63,522 nucleotides of DNA, filler included, from Octopus bimaculoides (GCF_001194135.2; 6 parts of 6 records of this genome joined end to end with filler, not necessarily neighbours in it); one strand, 5' to 3'. Numbered from the whole stretch's first letter, positions 1-11,975 are shown. A program made the numbers and translations. The notes: a model not told the origin generated them from the letters alone.

Positions 1-150
1 TGTATGTATATATATATATGTATGTATATATATATATATATGTATGTATATATATATATGTATATATGTATGTATATATATATGTATGTATATATATATA
101 TGTATGTATATATATATATATGTATATATATATGTGTATATATATGTGTG

Positions 151-188
<38 letters not shown>

Positions 189-270
189 TATGTGTGTATA
201 TATATGTATGTATATATATATATGTATATATATATGTATGTATATATGTATATATATATATATGTGTATA
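1..270. repeat. (TA)n/(TATG)n compound microsatellite
   Basis: Almost pure TA/TATG/TG units; source of the spurious Y/I/M/C ORFs at 4-437. Confidence 0.97.
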
Positions 271-278
271 TAATTTTC

Positions 279-473
279 TGGCATATACATTCTCCCCTGG
301 ATGGGATACCAGTCTGTCACAGGATTACTCATTTTTACCAGCTGAGTGGACTGAAACCGCATGAAATGAGGTGTTTTGCTCCAGAACACAATGCATTGTC
401 TGGTCCAGGAATTGAAACCACAATCTTACAATCATGAGTCCAATACCCTAACCACTAAGCCATGCACCTCCAC
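279..473 (-). mobile_element. tRNA-headed SINE (MetaSINE-like), CpG-decayed copy
   Basis: Reverse complement begins GTGGAGGTGCATGGCTTAGTGGTTAGGG (A box), has GGTTTCAATTCC (B-box-like) and aligns by eye with the copy at 16127-16390, with CpG replaced by TpG/CpA. Family name from recalled resemblance only. Confidence 0.8.
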
Positions 474-2084
474 TGTGCATATATAAGTGAGTGTATATGC
501 ATGTGTGTATATGAGTGCATGTGTGTATATGAGTGCATGTGTATGTGTATGTGTGCATGTGTTTTGCTTTGGCACAAACATTTATATTCATGAAGTAAAG
601 AGTATTCTGTGAAGTCCATACTGTTACCAAAGACATATACAGGGGCCTGATCAGCAACTATCAGTTTGTGCTGGTTGCTGTGGTAACATCAGATGTTCTC
701 AGATCCCATACTACTGATTTCCTCTGCAAAATAGGGGTAATGGTGGCCTGTCTGAGAAACGAGCACCACTGGCCATTCTCCACAACAACACCATCGTGGT
801 CATTATCATGGGGCACAGCTGAGCACACCGTTTGTTTAGAGGTATGCAGCCCATCGCCCCCTTCTCCTCCATATTCTGCTGCTTTACCCCCCCCCCTTAT
901 TCTTTTCTTTTTTTTTTTCTTTCTTATCTATTCTTCTTCCTGTTTCATTGACCAATATTCAATAGTGTTCTACACTTTATTTGGGAAAAAATCATAATTT
1001 ATACCTTTTTTCTCTCCCTCTTTAACTCTTTACCATTCAGATTACTCACCGAAATGTAATGCTTATTTTCATCTTTTATATTTTACATGTCTCAGTCATC
1101 AGATGACAGCCATNNNNNNNNNNNNNNNNNNNNNNNNNNNNNNNNNNNNNNNNNNNNNNNNNNNNNNNNNNNNNNNNNNNNNNNNNNNNNNNNNNNNNNN
1201 NNNNNNNNNNNNNNNNNNNNNNNNNNNNNNNNNNNNNNNNNNNNNNNNNNNNNNNNNNNNNNNNNNNNNNNNNNNNNNNNNNNNNNNNNNNNNNNNNNNN
1301 NNNNNNNNNNNNNNNNNNNNNNNNNNNNNNNNNNNNNNNNNNNNNNNNNNNNNNNNNNNNNNNNNNNNNNNNNNNNNNNNNNNNNNNNNNNNNNNNNNNN
1401 NNNNNNNNNNNNNNNNNNNNNNNNNNNNNNNNNNNNNNNNNNNNNNNNNNNNNNNNNNNNNNNNNNNNNNNNNNNNNNNNNNNNNNNNNNNNNNNNNNNN
1501 NNNNNNNNNNNNNNNNNNNNNNNNNNNNNNNNNNNNNNNNNNNNNNNNNNNNNNNNNNNNNNNNNNNNNNNNNNNNNNNNNNNNNNNNNNNNNNNNNNNN
1601 NNNNNNNNNNNNNNNNNNNNNNNNNNNNNNNNNNNNNNNNNNNNNNNNNNNNNNNNNNNNNNNNNNNNNNNNNNNNNNNNNNNNNNNNNNNNNNNNNNNN
1701 NNNNNNNNNNNNNNNNNNNNNNNNNNNNNNNNNNNNNNNNNNNNNNNNNNNNNNNNNNNNNNNNNNNNNNNNNNNNNNNNNNNNNNNNNNNNNNNNNNNN
1801 NNNNNNNNNNNNNNNNNNNNNNNNNNNNNNNNNNNNNNNNNNNNNNNNNNNNNNNNNNNNNNNNNNNNNNNNNNNNNNNNNNNNNNNNNNNNNNNNNNNN
1901 NNNNNNNNNNNNNNNNNNNNNNNNNNNNNNNNNNNNNNNNNNNNNNNNNNNNNNNNNNNNNNNNNNNNNNNNNNNNNNNNNNNNNNNNNNNNNNNNNNNN
2001 NNNNNNNNNNNNNNNNNNNNNNNNNNNNNNNNNNNNNNNNNNNNNNNNNNNNNNNNNNNNNNNNNNNNNNNNNNNNNNNNNNNA

Positions 2085-2480
2085 AATCCCACGAAGGCCA
2101 GCCAGGCGGCACTGGCAATGGCCACGCCCAAAATGGTGCATTTCATGTGTCACCCACACATGAGCCAGTCCAGGGGCACCGGCAACGATCTCGCTCGAAA
2201 ATCCTACGACGGCCCCGCACAAGAGCCAGTTCAGGGACACCGGCAATGATCTCGCTCGAAAATTTTCATGTGTCACCCGCACAAGAGCCAGTCCAGGGGC
2301 ACTGGCAACGATCTCGACGATAAGCTTCTTTCAGTTTCCGTCTACCAAATCCACTCACAAGGCTTTGGTCGGCCCTGGGCTATAGAAGAAGACACTTGTC
2401 CGAGTTGTTATGCAGTGGGACTAAACCCAGAACCATGTGTTTGGGAAGCAAGCTTCTTACCACACAGCCACACCTGCACT
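2085..2480 (-). mobile_element. CORE-type octopus SINE head joined to ~60-bp tandem units
   Basis: 2323-2480 is the reverse complement of the common head (GGCTGTGTGGTAAGAAGCTTGC...GGATTTGGTAGACGGAAACTGAAAGAAGC); 2141-2320 holds three ~60-bp units containing GAGCCAGTYCAGGG..GGCAAYGATCTCG. Confidence 0.8.
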
Positions 2481-2994
2481 TTCATTGTTTTGAATTAATC
2501 CTGCATTGTCTTGTGGCTTCAAGATTCTGATTAAAGTGATTGTTTGCATTTTACAATGACATTCTAGCGAAGGTGTGAGATGTTGAATTTGGCCAGTTTG
2601 AACATAGAGTAAAAATATGGTCAGTTCAAATGCTAAAGGCTTAAAGTGTCAAAAAAGACAATGTGACTTTCCCAGTTTCTCAATCACTTACTTTGCTTTG
2701 TTTTCTTTTCTTTTTTTGTTTTCATTATGGAACTTGCTTCCCTATTAAATTTATTTTGCCTCTTTTGATATCAAATCTCCTGTTACTGTAATACAATCAC
2801 CCTATTTTAAAGTGAACTAAATTAAACCTTTCGTTAAAATTTCTTGTTAAATTTATGTTCCAAACACCAGCTTCATAACAATAAAGTTGTTTTGCTGAAT
2901 TCTTAATTATTTTCAAAGTTAACTGAAATGAAAACAGTGTATTTTAACAGAAATATGGTGATGAAAGGCCTAAAGAAAAAGGAATCTGTTAACT

Positions 2995-3372
2995 AGAAAG
3001 AAAGAAAGAAAAGAAAGAAAAATGACAGAATAAAATAAAGAAAGAAATCAAAAGAATCATTCAAATATAAAACTATAAAAGAGAGACAGACAGACAGACA
3101 AAGGGAGGAGGATAGAGGGAGAGATAAAAAGAAAGAAAGAAAGAAAGAAAGAACAAAAGAAAAAATGAAAGAACGAAAAGAAATCAAAAGAATCCTTGAA
3201 ATATAAAAACTATTAAATAGAGAGAAGACAGACAGACAGACAGACAGACAGGCAGGTAAGAAAGAAAGAAAGACAGGGAGGCTTTGAAATATAAAAACTA
3301 TAAAAGAGAGGAGAGAGAAACAGACACCTAGAAAGGCAGATGGAGAAAGAAAGAAAGAAAGAAAGAAAGATC
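2995..3372. repeat. AAAG/GACA purine-rich low complexity with 2-3 diverged copies of an AAAGAAATCAAAAGAATC..AAATATAAAACTATAAA segment
   Basis: Segment recurs near 3043, 3178 and (partially) 3280. Confidence 0.8.
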
Positions 3373-3849
3373 TAAGAGTTAGTATTAAAAGTAGTTTTAA
3401 TTTTTGTCATGTTTTTTTAATAAAATATATGTGATGTTATTTGATTTGTAGTTGCTGTTGTTGTTGTTGTTATTCTTCTTCTTCTTCTTCTTCTTCTTCT
3501 TCTTCTTCTTCTTCTTCTTCTAATGTGTCCCTCAAGTCAACCCTGATTGAGTCGACCTTTATGTTTGATGGTGTTTTATGCAGGATTTAATAATGATATA
3601 AACTGTAAGTAAATTATCATTGCAGTTTGGAATATAGTCAAAGCAGTAGGAATATAATCATTTGATACAATGACTGAAATAATATAAATGTATATCACAG
3701 CAGTACAAGTATACAACCAAACACTACTGTAGTGCAGATAGAGTTGTTACAGCATAGAATGAAAGACTGTATAACCTGACACTGTGACAATTCAGATGCA
3801 GCTAATTATCACATCATGGGTTGAATAACTAGTTACTGTAACAGTAGAA

Positions 3850-5470
3850 ATAGTTAGTTGTTACAACAGTAACTAGTATAACCTAATTATTGTTGTAGTA
3901 GAGATATAATTGCTACAACAGAGATTGTGTAACTAGATACTGCTGGAGTAGTAGAGATACAGTTGTGACAACAGAGGTTGTGTAACCAGATACTGCTGGA
4001 GGGGAGATGCAGTTGTTACAATAGAGGTTGTGTAACCAGATACTGCTGGAGGGGAGATGCAGTTGTTACAATAGAGGTTGTGTAACCAGATACTGCTGGA
4101 GGGGAGATACAGTTGTTACAACAGTGACTGTATAACTAGATACCTTGTAGCAGTGGCACAGTTGCTGCAATAGATATTCTATAACTAGATACTGCTGGAG
4201 AGGAGATACAATTGATTTCCCTATAGTTGTATCTGGTCATGCAATGTCTGTTGTAACAACTGTATCTCTACTACAAGAGCATCTAGTTACACAATCTCTA
4301 TTGTAACAGCTGTATTTCCACTCCACTCTATCTACTGTAACAGCTGTATCTCTATACAAGAGTTACAACAGCGATTGTATAACTAGATACTTTTGTAGTA
4401 GAGATACAGTTGTTACAACAATGATTGTAAAACTAAATACACTTGTGGTAAAGATACAGTTGTTACATTAGATTTTCCATTATTAGATACTACTGGAGTG
4501 GAGATACAGCTGTTACAACAAAGATTGTGTAACTAGATGCTCTTGTTGAAGAAATACAGTTGTTACAATANNNNNNNNNNNNNNNNNNNNNNNNNNNNNN
4601 NNNNNNNNNNNNNNNNNNNNNNNNNNNNNNNNNNNNNNNNNNNNNNNNNNNNNNNNNNNNNNNNNNNNNNNNNNNNNNNNNNNNNNNNNNNNNNNNNNNN
4701 NNNNNNNNNNNNNNNNNNNNNNNNNNNNNNNNNNNNNNNNNNNNNNNNNNNNNNNNNNNNNNNNNNNNNNNNNNNNNNNNNNNNNNNNNNNNNNNNNNNN
4801 NNNNNNNNNNNNNNNNNNNNNNNNNNNNNNNNNNNNNNNNNNNNNNNNNNNNNNNNNNNNNNNNNNNNNNNNNNNNNNNNNNNNNNNNNNNNNNNNNNNN
4901 NNNNNNNNNNNNNNNNNNNNNNNNNNNNNNNNNNNNNNNNNNNNNNNNNNNNNNNNNNNNNNNNNNNNNNNNNNNNNNNNNNNNNNNNNNNNNNNNNNNN
5001 NNNNNNNNNNNNNNNNNNNNNNNNNNNNNNNNNNNNNNNNNNNNNNNNNNNNNNNNNNNNNNNNNNNNNNNNNNNNNNNNNNNNNNNNNNNNNNNNNNNN
5101 NNNNNNNNNNNNNNNNNNNNNNNNNNNNNNNNNNNNNNNNNNNNNNNNNNNNNNNNNNNNNNNNNNNNNNNNNNNNNNNNNNNNNNNNNNNNNNNNNNNN
5201 NNNNNNNNNNNNNGAGATACAGTTGTTACAACAAAAATAACTATTCACAAATTATGTTGTGACAGCTAGCTGTCACAACAATAATTTGTTCATCTAATTA
5301 GTGTGACAGTAGAGTTACAGCTAGCAGATATTGAATATTAGAGACGCATCAAATTCTTGCACCAGAACTGGTTATGTCTAGTTATGTGTAGTACAATTAT
5401 AGTTGTTACAGGTTTGTTTATAGAACAATTAGCTGTGACAGTGGAGATACTACTAGATGTTACAACAGAG
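3850..5470. repeat. 50-bp minisatellite array with internal inverted block, spanning an N gap
   Basis: Near-identical units at 3971-4020, 4021-4070, 4071-4120 (AGAGGTTGTGTAACCAGATACTGCTGGAGGGGAGATGCAGTTGTTACA); reverse-complement units at ~4215-4360; diverged units resume after the gap at 5214. Confidence 0.92.
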
Positions 5471-6607
5471 CTGGTAGATCTGGTTACCATGACAAAAGAA
5501 AGGCAATCAATTACCATGTAGTAGATCTTTAACTGATTGACTTAAAAGCATAAGTTATTAGTTAAATGTTTACTCATATTAATACCATTAGTGTTTTTGT
5601 TTTGTTTTTTGTGTGTTCATGCCAAGGGACTGACCATAAATGTTGCTACCACATCAGTAAATTAATATTTTATTTGAATATTAATTAATAAGTGCATATA
5701 TACACTGATTAAATAATTTTCAAATAAAATCACGATGTTTACAGACAGTTAAGTGTTGTCTTCATAAACAGTGTAACAAATTAGCGGATATCACGGAGAT
5801 AATAGCTTAAAGTAATACACTTAGAAACTAGGTTTACTACTGTTACACTGCTCTGTTTACTTAGATATAATGAAGCTTGGCCAACTTGTAAGTGGAACTA
5901 ATGAATAAATGAACTCTCTAATCACTCAAGCCTGTTCAACAATCACAACTTCTATAACAACCATACTGTTATAAAAGTATATGTCTGCAAATTTTAATTC
6001 TTAGAGCAACATACCCATTGCACCCATCAGTAAAGGTGGACTAGTCAGGATAGAAATTGTTCATTAATGCTTTCTTTGAGCATTCCTTCATCTACTCAAG
6101 TTAAAGTTTTCATGTCTACTCAACAACAATAATAGCTGCAATAATAATAATAAAAACAATAAGCAACAAGAGATATATACCTCTAATAAAGATGTTATAG
6201 CACCAACTAAAATATTGATCACTGATGATTCCTTGATCAGCTAACTGCATTTAGGCAAAGTAAACCAGGAATATCTAACAGCAACAGCAGCAGTAGCATC
6301 AACATCATCATTCTCGTCATCCTCACCATCACCACTGTCATCATCATCATCATCATTATTATAATTGTTGTCAAGCATTTATAACAAATTTTTCATAGAA
6401 TCAGATTTGCAGTAGTTCTGTGCAACCAGTAGAGATAATATATTGCACAGTTGCACCATTGCTGCAGGTTCATCCATGGCTGACAACATGAAAGCATGAA
6501 AGAAAGTCTCATATTGCAGTAGCTGCACCTGTAAGTAATGATATTGCTCAATTACTGCATGTTGTTGTTGTTGTTGTTGTTGTCATAGTTGTAAGCAGTT
6601 TAGGAAT

Positions 6608-6760
6608 GCTGGCATGGCTGTGTGCTCAACAAGTTTGCTTCACAACCATGGAGCCCTGGGATTGATTCAATAGTGTCTAACTTTGGACAAATGCCTTCAA
6701 CGATACCTTTTGGTTGCTCTTGTGAAGGAAATTTAGAAGGGGAAACTGTGGGGAAACTTT

Positions 6761-6811
<51 letters not shown>

Positions 6812-6812
6812 N
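6608..6812 (+). mobile_element. Degenerate CORE-type SINE head followed by (TA)n(TG)n
   Basis: GGCATGGCTGTGTGCTCAACAAGTTTGCTTCACAACCATGG...CTTTGGACAAATGCCTTC resembles the head of better-preserved copies. Confidence 0.6.
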
Positions 6813-6926
6813 NNNNNNNNNNNNNNNNNNNNNNNNNNNNNNNNNNNNNNNNNNNNNNNNNNNNNNNNNNNNNNNNNNNNNNNNNNNNNNNNNNNNNNNN
6901 NNNNNNNNNNNNNNNNNNNNNNNNNN

Positions 6927-6962
<36 letters not shown>

Positions 6963-7039
6963 GTAGAATAAGAAATAGAAAGTTCTTTGTACAGTACAGG
7001 GTGCTCCAGAATTAGCTGTCTATTTCAGGGAAATCATAC

Positions 7040-7290
7040 AATAAAAGGCATCCAGTCCACATTGTAAAGTAGTTGGTTTTTGGAAGAGCATTCACCTATA
7101 AAAACCATGCCAAAACTGACCTCGCTTGTGCTGGTGCCATGTAAAAAGCACTAAGTCCACTCTGCAAAGTGACTGGTGTAAAACCCTGCCAAAACAGACA
7201 CAGTAGGCTGAGGTAGTCTTCTATGTGGCTGACTCCTGTCAAACCATCCAACCCATGCCTGCATGGAAGGCAGACATTAAATGATGATGA
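7040..7290 (+). mobile_element. 3' UTR/tail fragment of the octopus RTE LINE family
   Basis: Ends CCATCCAACCCATGCCTGCATGGAAGGCAGACATTAAATGATGATGAT, the same tail seen inverted at 9770-9830 and 27140-27190. Confidence 0.8.
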
Positions 7291-7389
7291 TCATCATCAT
7301 CATCATTAATTTTTATAATTCTTTTTATAATCTTATTTTTATTCCTATTGGATCTTGCTTATCTGTCCAGGGCAGCTTTTTTTCAATTT

Positions 7390-7710
7390 GGCTACCTCAA
7401 TTTCCTCTCCCTCCATCCCCAGGATAGAGCAATACTTTAGCTGAATTTAAAGAATGCATTTAGTTAGCAGTGCAGGCGATAACTCCTGAAATGTTCAAAA
7501 TGTGTTTTGCAATGCTAAATAGATTTGAAATTTGCAGGGATACTGACAGAACATGTGTTGAAAATTTTCAATAATGTCTTGGCATAAGATTTATAAATCT
7601 ATTTGTTTTGGTATCATAATAAAGTAATAAGTATAAAATTCTGTCAATCTTTTTAAAAATTTGTCCAATACCATTCATTGAATAGATAGTTAATTCTAGG
7701 ATATCCTGTT
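7390..7710 (+). mobile_element. Tc1/mariner transposase C-terminal relic and terminal repeat
   Basis: Translates LAEFKECI*LAVQAITPEMFKMCFAMLNRFEICRDTD, typical of the end of DDD/E transposases; ends GGATATCCTGT, related to the TIR at 7833. Confidence 0.6.
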
Positions 7711-7832
7711 TTATATATTTGAAAAAAGGAATAGAAATGGCTTTTCTGATAATTTTTCCACTTTGATAACTAAATGTTTATAAATTATTAGATGTTTACA
7801 AATGTTGTGTTTGTGTGTGTGTGTGTGTTATG

Positions 7833-8560
7833 TACAGGATGTCCCAAATATTGTATGCATACATTTAATAAAGTAGTATTTATTAAAATAAATTTTATTT
7901 TCAAAATTTAACAGAACCTACAGACAGAATTTTATTTATTTATTTATCTATTTTGGGTATGGATGCCTGTTTTCTAACTCACAATTGTTCTACTCAGGCA
8001 CTGCTGATAACTCAAAGCAAGGGAATCGCAAACATCAAAAAACATTTGTGTTCCTTTTCATTCAGTGACTGCTCTCAATTCATTGATTGCTGGCAGTTTT
8101 TGACCATAAACTTTAGCTTTTAAGTATCCCTATTAAAATAAATCTAGTAGTATGAGGTCCAGTCAATGCAGGAAGTATTCTATTGTACCTTTTCATCCAA
8201 TTCACTTGTTAGGCAAAATATTATCAAGGTAGACCCTTACATTACTATGTTAGTGTGGGCATACCACATCTTGCTGGAAACAAAACTCCACTTCTTTGAA
8301 GTCCCCTGGAACGTTTGACGTGACAGACTGTCACTGCAAGTTCAAGTAAATTAAATTAGTTGTCCTACTGTCAAAAAATAATAGTCCAATTCATCCTTTT
8401 GATGATAAGTAGTACGATAGTGTAACTCGTGATAAATTAACACAATGTTCTTCCATAATATATGGACCCTCAAGTCTCCAGTATGTGCAATCTGATGGGG
8501 TTTATTAAGCCATTTAATTTAATAAATACACGCAAACATATGTACAATCATTAATATATA
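7833..8560 (-). mobile_element. Tc1/mariner transposase relic
   Basis: Minus strand gives FCFQQDVVCPH*HSNVRVYLDNILPNK*IG*KGTIEY and GYLKAKVYGQKLPAINELRAV, matching the FQQDGAPPH...WIGR...WPPRSPDL...GYLKSKVY motif series; TACAGGATGTCCC terminus. Confidence 0.8.
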
Positions 8561-8566
8561 CATACA

Positions 8567-8609
<43 letters not shown>

Positions 8610-9199
8610 NNNNNNNNNNNNNNNNNNNNNNNNNNNNNNNNNNNNNNNNNNNNNNNNNNNNNNNNNNNNNNNNNNNNNNNNNNNNNNNNNNNNNNNNNNN
8701 NNNNNNNNNNNTATATATATAAAAGAAATTGAAAATGCACTGGGATTCATTTAGATTTTTTTATTTAAAAATTTTTAAAGACAACTAATTTCACAGATTT
8801 CTGTGATTTTCAAAACTTGAGATATGTAGAGTTATGTTGCAACTGTCTTGCTTCTCTTTTTTCTATATTTCTACCTTTATGGAATAAAGTGACTTTGTTT
8901 TCTATATGTGTGTATATATGTATACACACACACACATATGGTCAAGAATCAAAGATCAGCTAAAGAAATTCAAATTTTTAAGAATTTCATATTCTACTTC
9001 ATCAACCCTATCACCTCCCTTGTTTTTAATTAAACCAAATGCAAGTGTTATTATTTAAATCTTAGTAAAGTATATCTGCTCAGCTGGTTTTATTATCTAC
9101 TCCCAGACATTGTATTAGCTATCTGCTTATCAAAAGATTTTAGTCAAGCAGAGCTGATTAAGATTAGCCATCCACAACAAAATTTTGAAAATCGAATGA

Positions 9200-9420
9200 A
9201 CCCCAAAACAACCTATTATAGAATGTGTGAAGAATGTGTGAAACATTTGGCAAATATTTTTCCAAAATTGTTCCATCAGGATAATGTTCTTGAGCATTAT
9301 TCAAACAAGCGAAAAAAAATCTATAAATATCTTATTTGAGAACTGACGGTTTTAAGTCCTCTCTCTAATGATTGACAGAACTCTCTCAAATATTGATTAA
9401 ATGTAATGATTCTTTAATAC
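9200..9420 (+). mobile_element. Possible highly decayed mariner fragment
   Basis: LFHQDNVLEHY resembles LFHQDNARPH; the rest is weak. Confidence 0.35.
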
Positions 9421-9567
9421 AAGAAAGTATGTTGTTTGCCTATGTATGTATATAAATATATATATAGATATATATATTTCACTTTGGCATTGCAAGACTA
9501 ATAACCTGGTGTAGAATTCAATCTACATATGCTTCAAAACAAAGCATTAGTCATGTATAGAGTGGTA

Positions 9568-9754
9568 ATAAGAAAATAAGATGACAAAAGAATAAATGAT
9601 TATCTTTTCAACTTCATTAGCTTACAGCTGTTTCTGCTATAAGATGCAGTGGTGTTACTCAAGCACTCAACTACTGCATTTACAGTAGAAACAGCAGTAA
9701 GCTAATAAAGTTTAAATGATTATCATTTATCCCTTTGTCATTTTATTTTCTTAT
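9568..9754. mobile_element. Palindromic MITE/fold-back, ~85-bp arms
   Basis: ATAAGAAAATAAGATGACAAAAGAATAAATGATTATC...ATTAGCTTACAGCTGTTTCTGC pairs with GTAGAAACAGCAGTAAGCTAAT...CATTTATCCCTTTGTCATTTTATTTTCTTAT; short spacer; TA-rich ends. Confidence 0.85.
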
Positions 9755-9756
9755 AT

Positions 9757-11659
9757 ATCATCATTATCATCAGCATCATCATTTAATGTCCATTGTCCAT
9801 GCTGGCATGGGTTGGATGGTTCAATCAGGGCTAGTAAACTGAGGGGCTGCACTAGACTTTAGTCTGATTTGGCGTGGTTTCTATGGTTGGATGCCCTTCC
9901 TTACACCAACCACTCTGAGAGTGTAATGGGTGCTTTTAATTGCCACCAGCATGGGTCTTAGTCTGCTTGACACTAATATCTGCCATGACTATGATTTCAT
10001 TTGGTTTGATGGGTCTTCTTCTCAAGCACATCATTTGTCATTGCTTCTGTGAAGCCCAGCATTCTGAAGGTGCTTTTTACATACCACCAGCATGGGCGCT
10101 AGTTATGCAACACCAGCATCGACCACATTGCTTTCATGAGGCCCAATGCTTGAAAGATGCTTTTTGCGTGCCACCAGCACAGGTGCCAGTTACATGGCAC
10201 TGACAACAACCACAGCTATGATTTCACTTAGCTTGACAGGTCTTCTCAAGTATAGCATATCACCAAAGGTCTCAGTCACTAGCCTTTGCCTCCGTGAGGC
10301 CCAACGTTTGAAGATCATGCTTCACCACTTCATCCCATGTCTTCCTAGGTCTCCCTCTCCCACAGCTTCCTTCCAGTGGTAAACATCGACACTCCTTCAC
10401 ACAACTGTGCACATCCATATGCATCACATGACCATACCAAAGCAGTCGTCTCTCTTGTATGCCACATCTGATGTCACTTATGACCAGCTTATCTCTCAAG
10501 ATGCTTACACTCTGTCGTACGTGCACACTAACATTACACATCCAGCAAAGCATTCTAGCTTCATTTCTTTCAAACCTACGCATGTCCTTAGCAGTCACAG
10601 CCCATGTTTCCCTGCTGTGTAACATGGTTGTTTGCACACAGGCATCATACAATCTGCCCTTCACTCTGAAGATAGGGTATAAAAAAAAGAGTCATACCCT
10701 CTATGGTCCTGCACAGGCCAGGTCATTGCCTGGTTCTATCTGCTTCACAACAAAAACACATCCTTTTTCCTACAATTTGACATCAATAATCAATACCATC
10801 AGAGGTAGGAGCTCTCTGAACTTTGCCCAACATATCTAATTCTAGCAGCCATGCTCTCAGGGCATTCAACCCTGCTATTGACTTGGTCGCTTAAGTAACA
10901 GAAGCTATTGACCAATTCTTGTTTTCCCCACTGGCATTTGATGGAGTCTATTTTCTGAACATTTATAGTGTTGATTGTGCCTGTGCATCTACCACACATA
11001 AAAACTACTTTTTCTGTTAACTTTCAACTGATATTGATGCACCTCTTATGTGACTATAGCTTACACTGGGTACATCTTATGGAATTTCTGCTTATACCTT
11101 TCCTACAGACTGAGCAGGGCTGCCTACCTGAGGGGATTTGTGATTTGTCTGCTTTCCTACTTACTAAGACTTTGGTTTTAGCTAGGTTAACTCTAAGGCC
11201 CTTCGATTCTAGACCTTGCTTCCACACCTGAAACTTCTTCTCTAGTTCTGGTAGTGATTCAGCTATAAGAACAAGGTCATCAGCATAGGGGAACTCCCAG
11301 GGGCAGCTTGTCTTGAAGACTATGATGAACAAGAGGGGGCTGAGGACTGATCCTCAGGGAATCCCTAATTGTACCCTGAATTCTTCACTATACTTATTGC
11401 TAACCCTCACCTTATTGACAGTATCCCTGTACATGGCTTGTACAGCTCTCACTCATCTGTCCCTAGTTTCCACATTGACCACCAGATAAGGTATCAGGGA
11501 ATCCTGTCAAAAACTTTTTCCATGTCAACAAAAGCCAAGTACAGATGTTTATCTTTAGCTATGCATTTCTCTTGCAGCTGCCTTACCAGAAATATAGCAT
11601 CAGTGGTGCTTCTCCCTGGCACTAAACCAAACTGCATTTGACTGCATCTCATCTAGACT
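9757..11659 (-). mobile_element. 5'-truncated RTE LINE (RT C-terminal half, 3' UTR, (GAT)n tail), frameshifted
   Basis: MQFG..PGRSTTDAIFLVRQLQEK, CPWEFPYADDLVLIAESL, LRVNLAKTKVL, KGRLYDACV, LLWYGHVMHM, GRGRPRKTWDEVVKHDL; 3' UTR at 9780-10270 with repeated GCCACCAGCA motifs. Confidence 0.95.
10676..10790 (+). mobile_element. Internal PLE reverse-transcriptase fragment inserted in the RTE copy
   Basis: Matches 12606-12696 with about 5 mismatches in ~85 bp (hand count); interrupts the RTE frame between RELLPLMV and LSFRVKGRL. Confidence 0.85.
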
Positions 11660-11665
11660 GTTTTA

Positions 11666-11699
<34 letters not shown>

Positions 11700-11975
11700 A
11701 TTGTTAAAAAAGACAACATTAAGGCAAGGCAAACACTTCAAGTCAGAGACAATATTATTAATGGGAAAAATTCAAAGTCTTACAGCTATTTCTGGGATAT
11801 GCCTGAGTATGAAATGTTCTGTTATCAGACATAAAGAGGAAAAAATAGGGTAAATGAGAATGGTATACATTAATGAGATGACGACATAGAGGAAGGAATA
11901 CAATTCTATATTTAAGAGATGAGGAATTATGTACATTATACATTTGATGGATTTGTCCTCATCTTGTTTGTTGGT

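Noticed and set aside
668-1113. Host exon(s) around ORF 668-997 with donor GAG|GTATGC at 841 and acceptor at 1040
   Set aside because: No recognisable protein in any frame on either strand; joined frames stop quickly.
3971-4120. CRISPR-like array (also 46987-47056, 47704-47768, 22670-22880)
   Set aside because: Units are contiguous with no unique spacers, there are no cas genes, and the context is eukaryotic.
6385-6530. Minus-strand exon VQLLQYETFFHAFMLSAMDEPAAMVQLCNILSLL after TTACTTACAG
   Set aside because: No family recognised, no clear donor, stops after ~49 codons; insufficient support.
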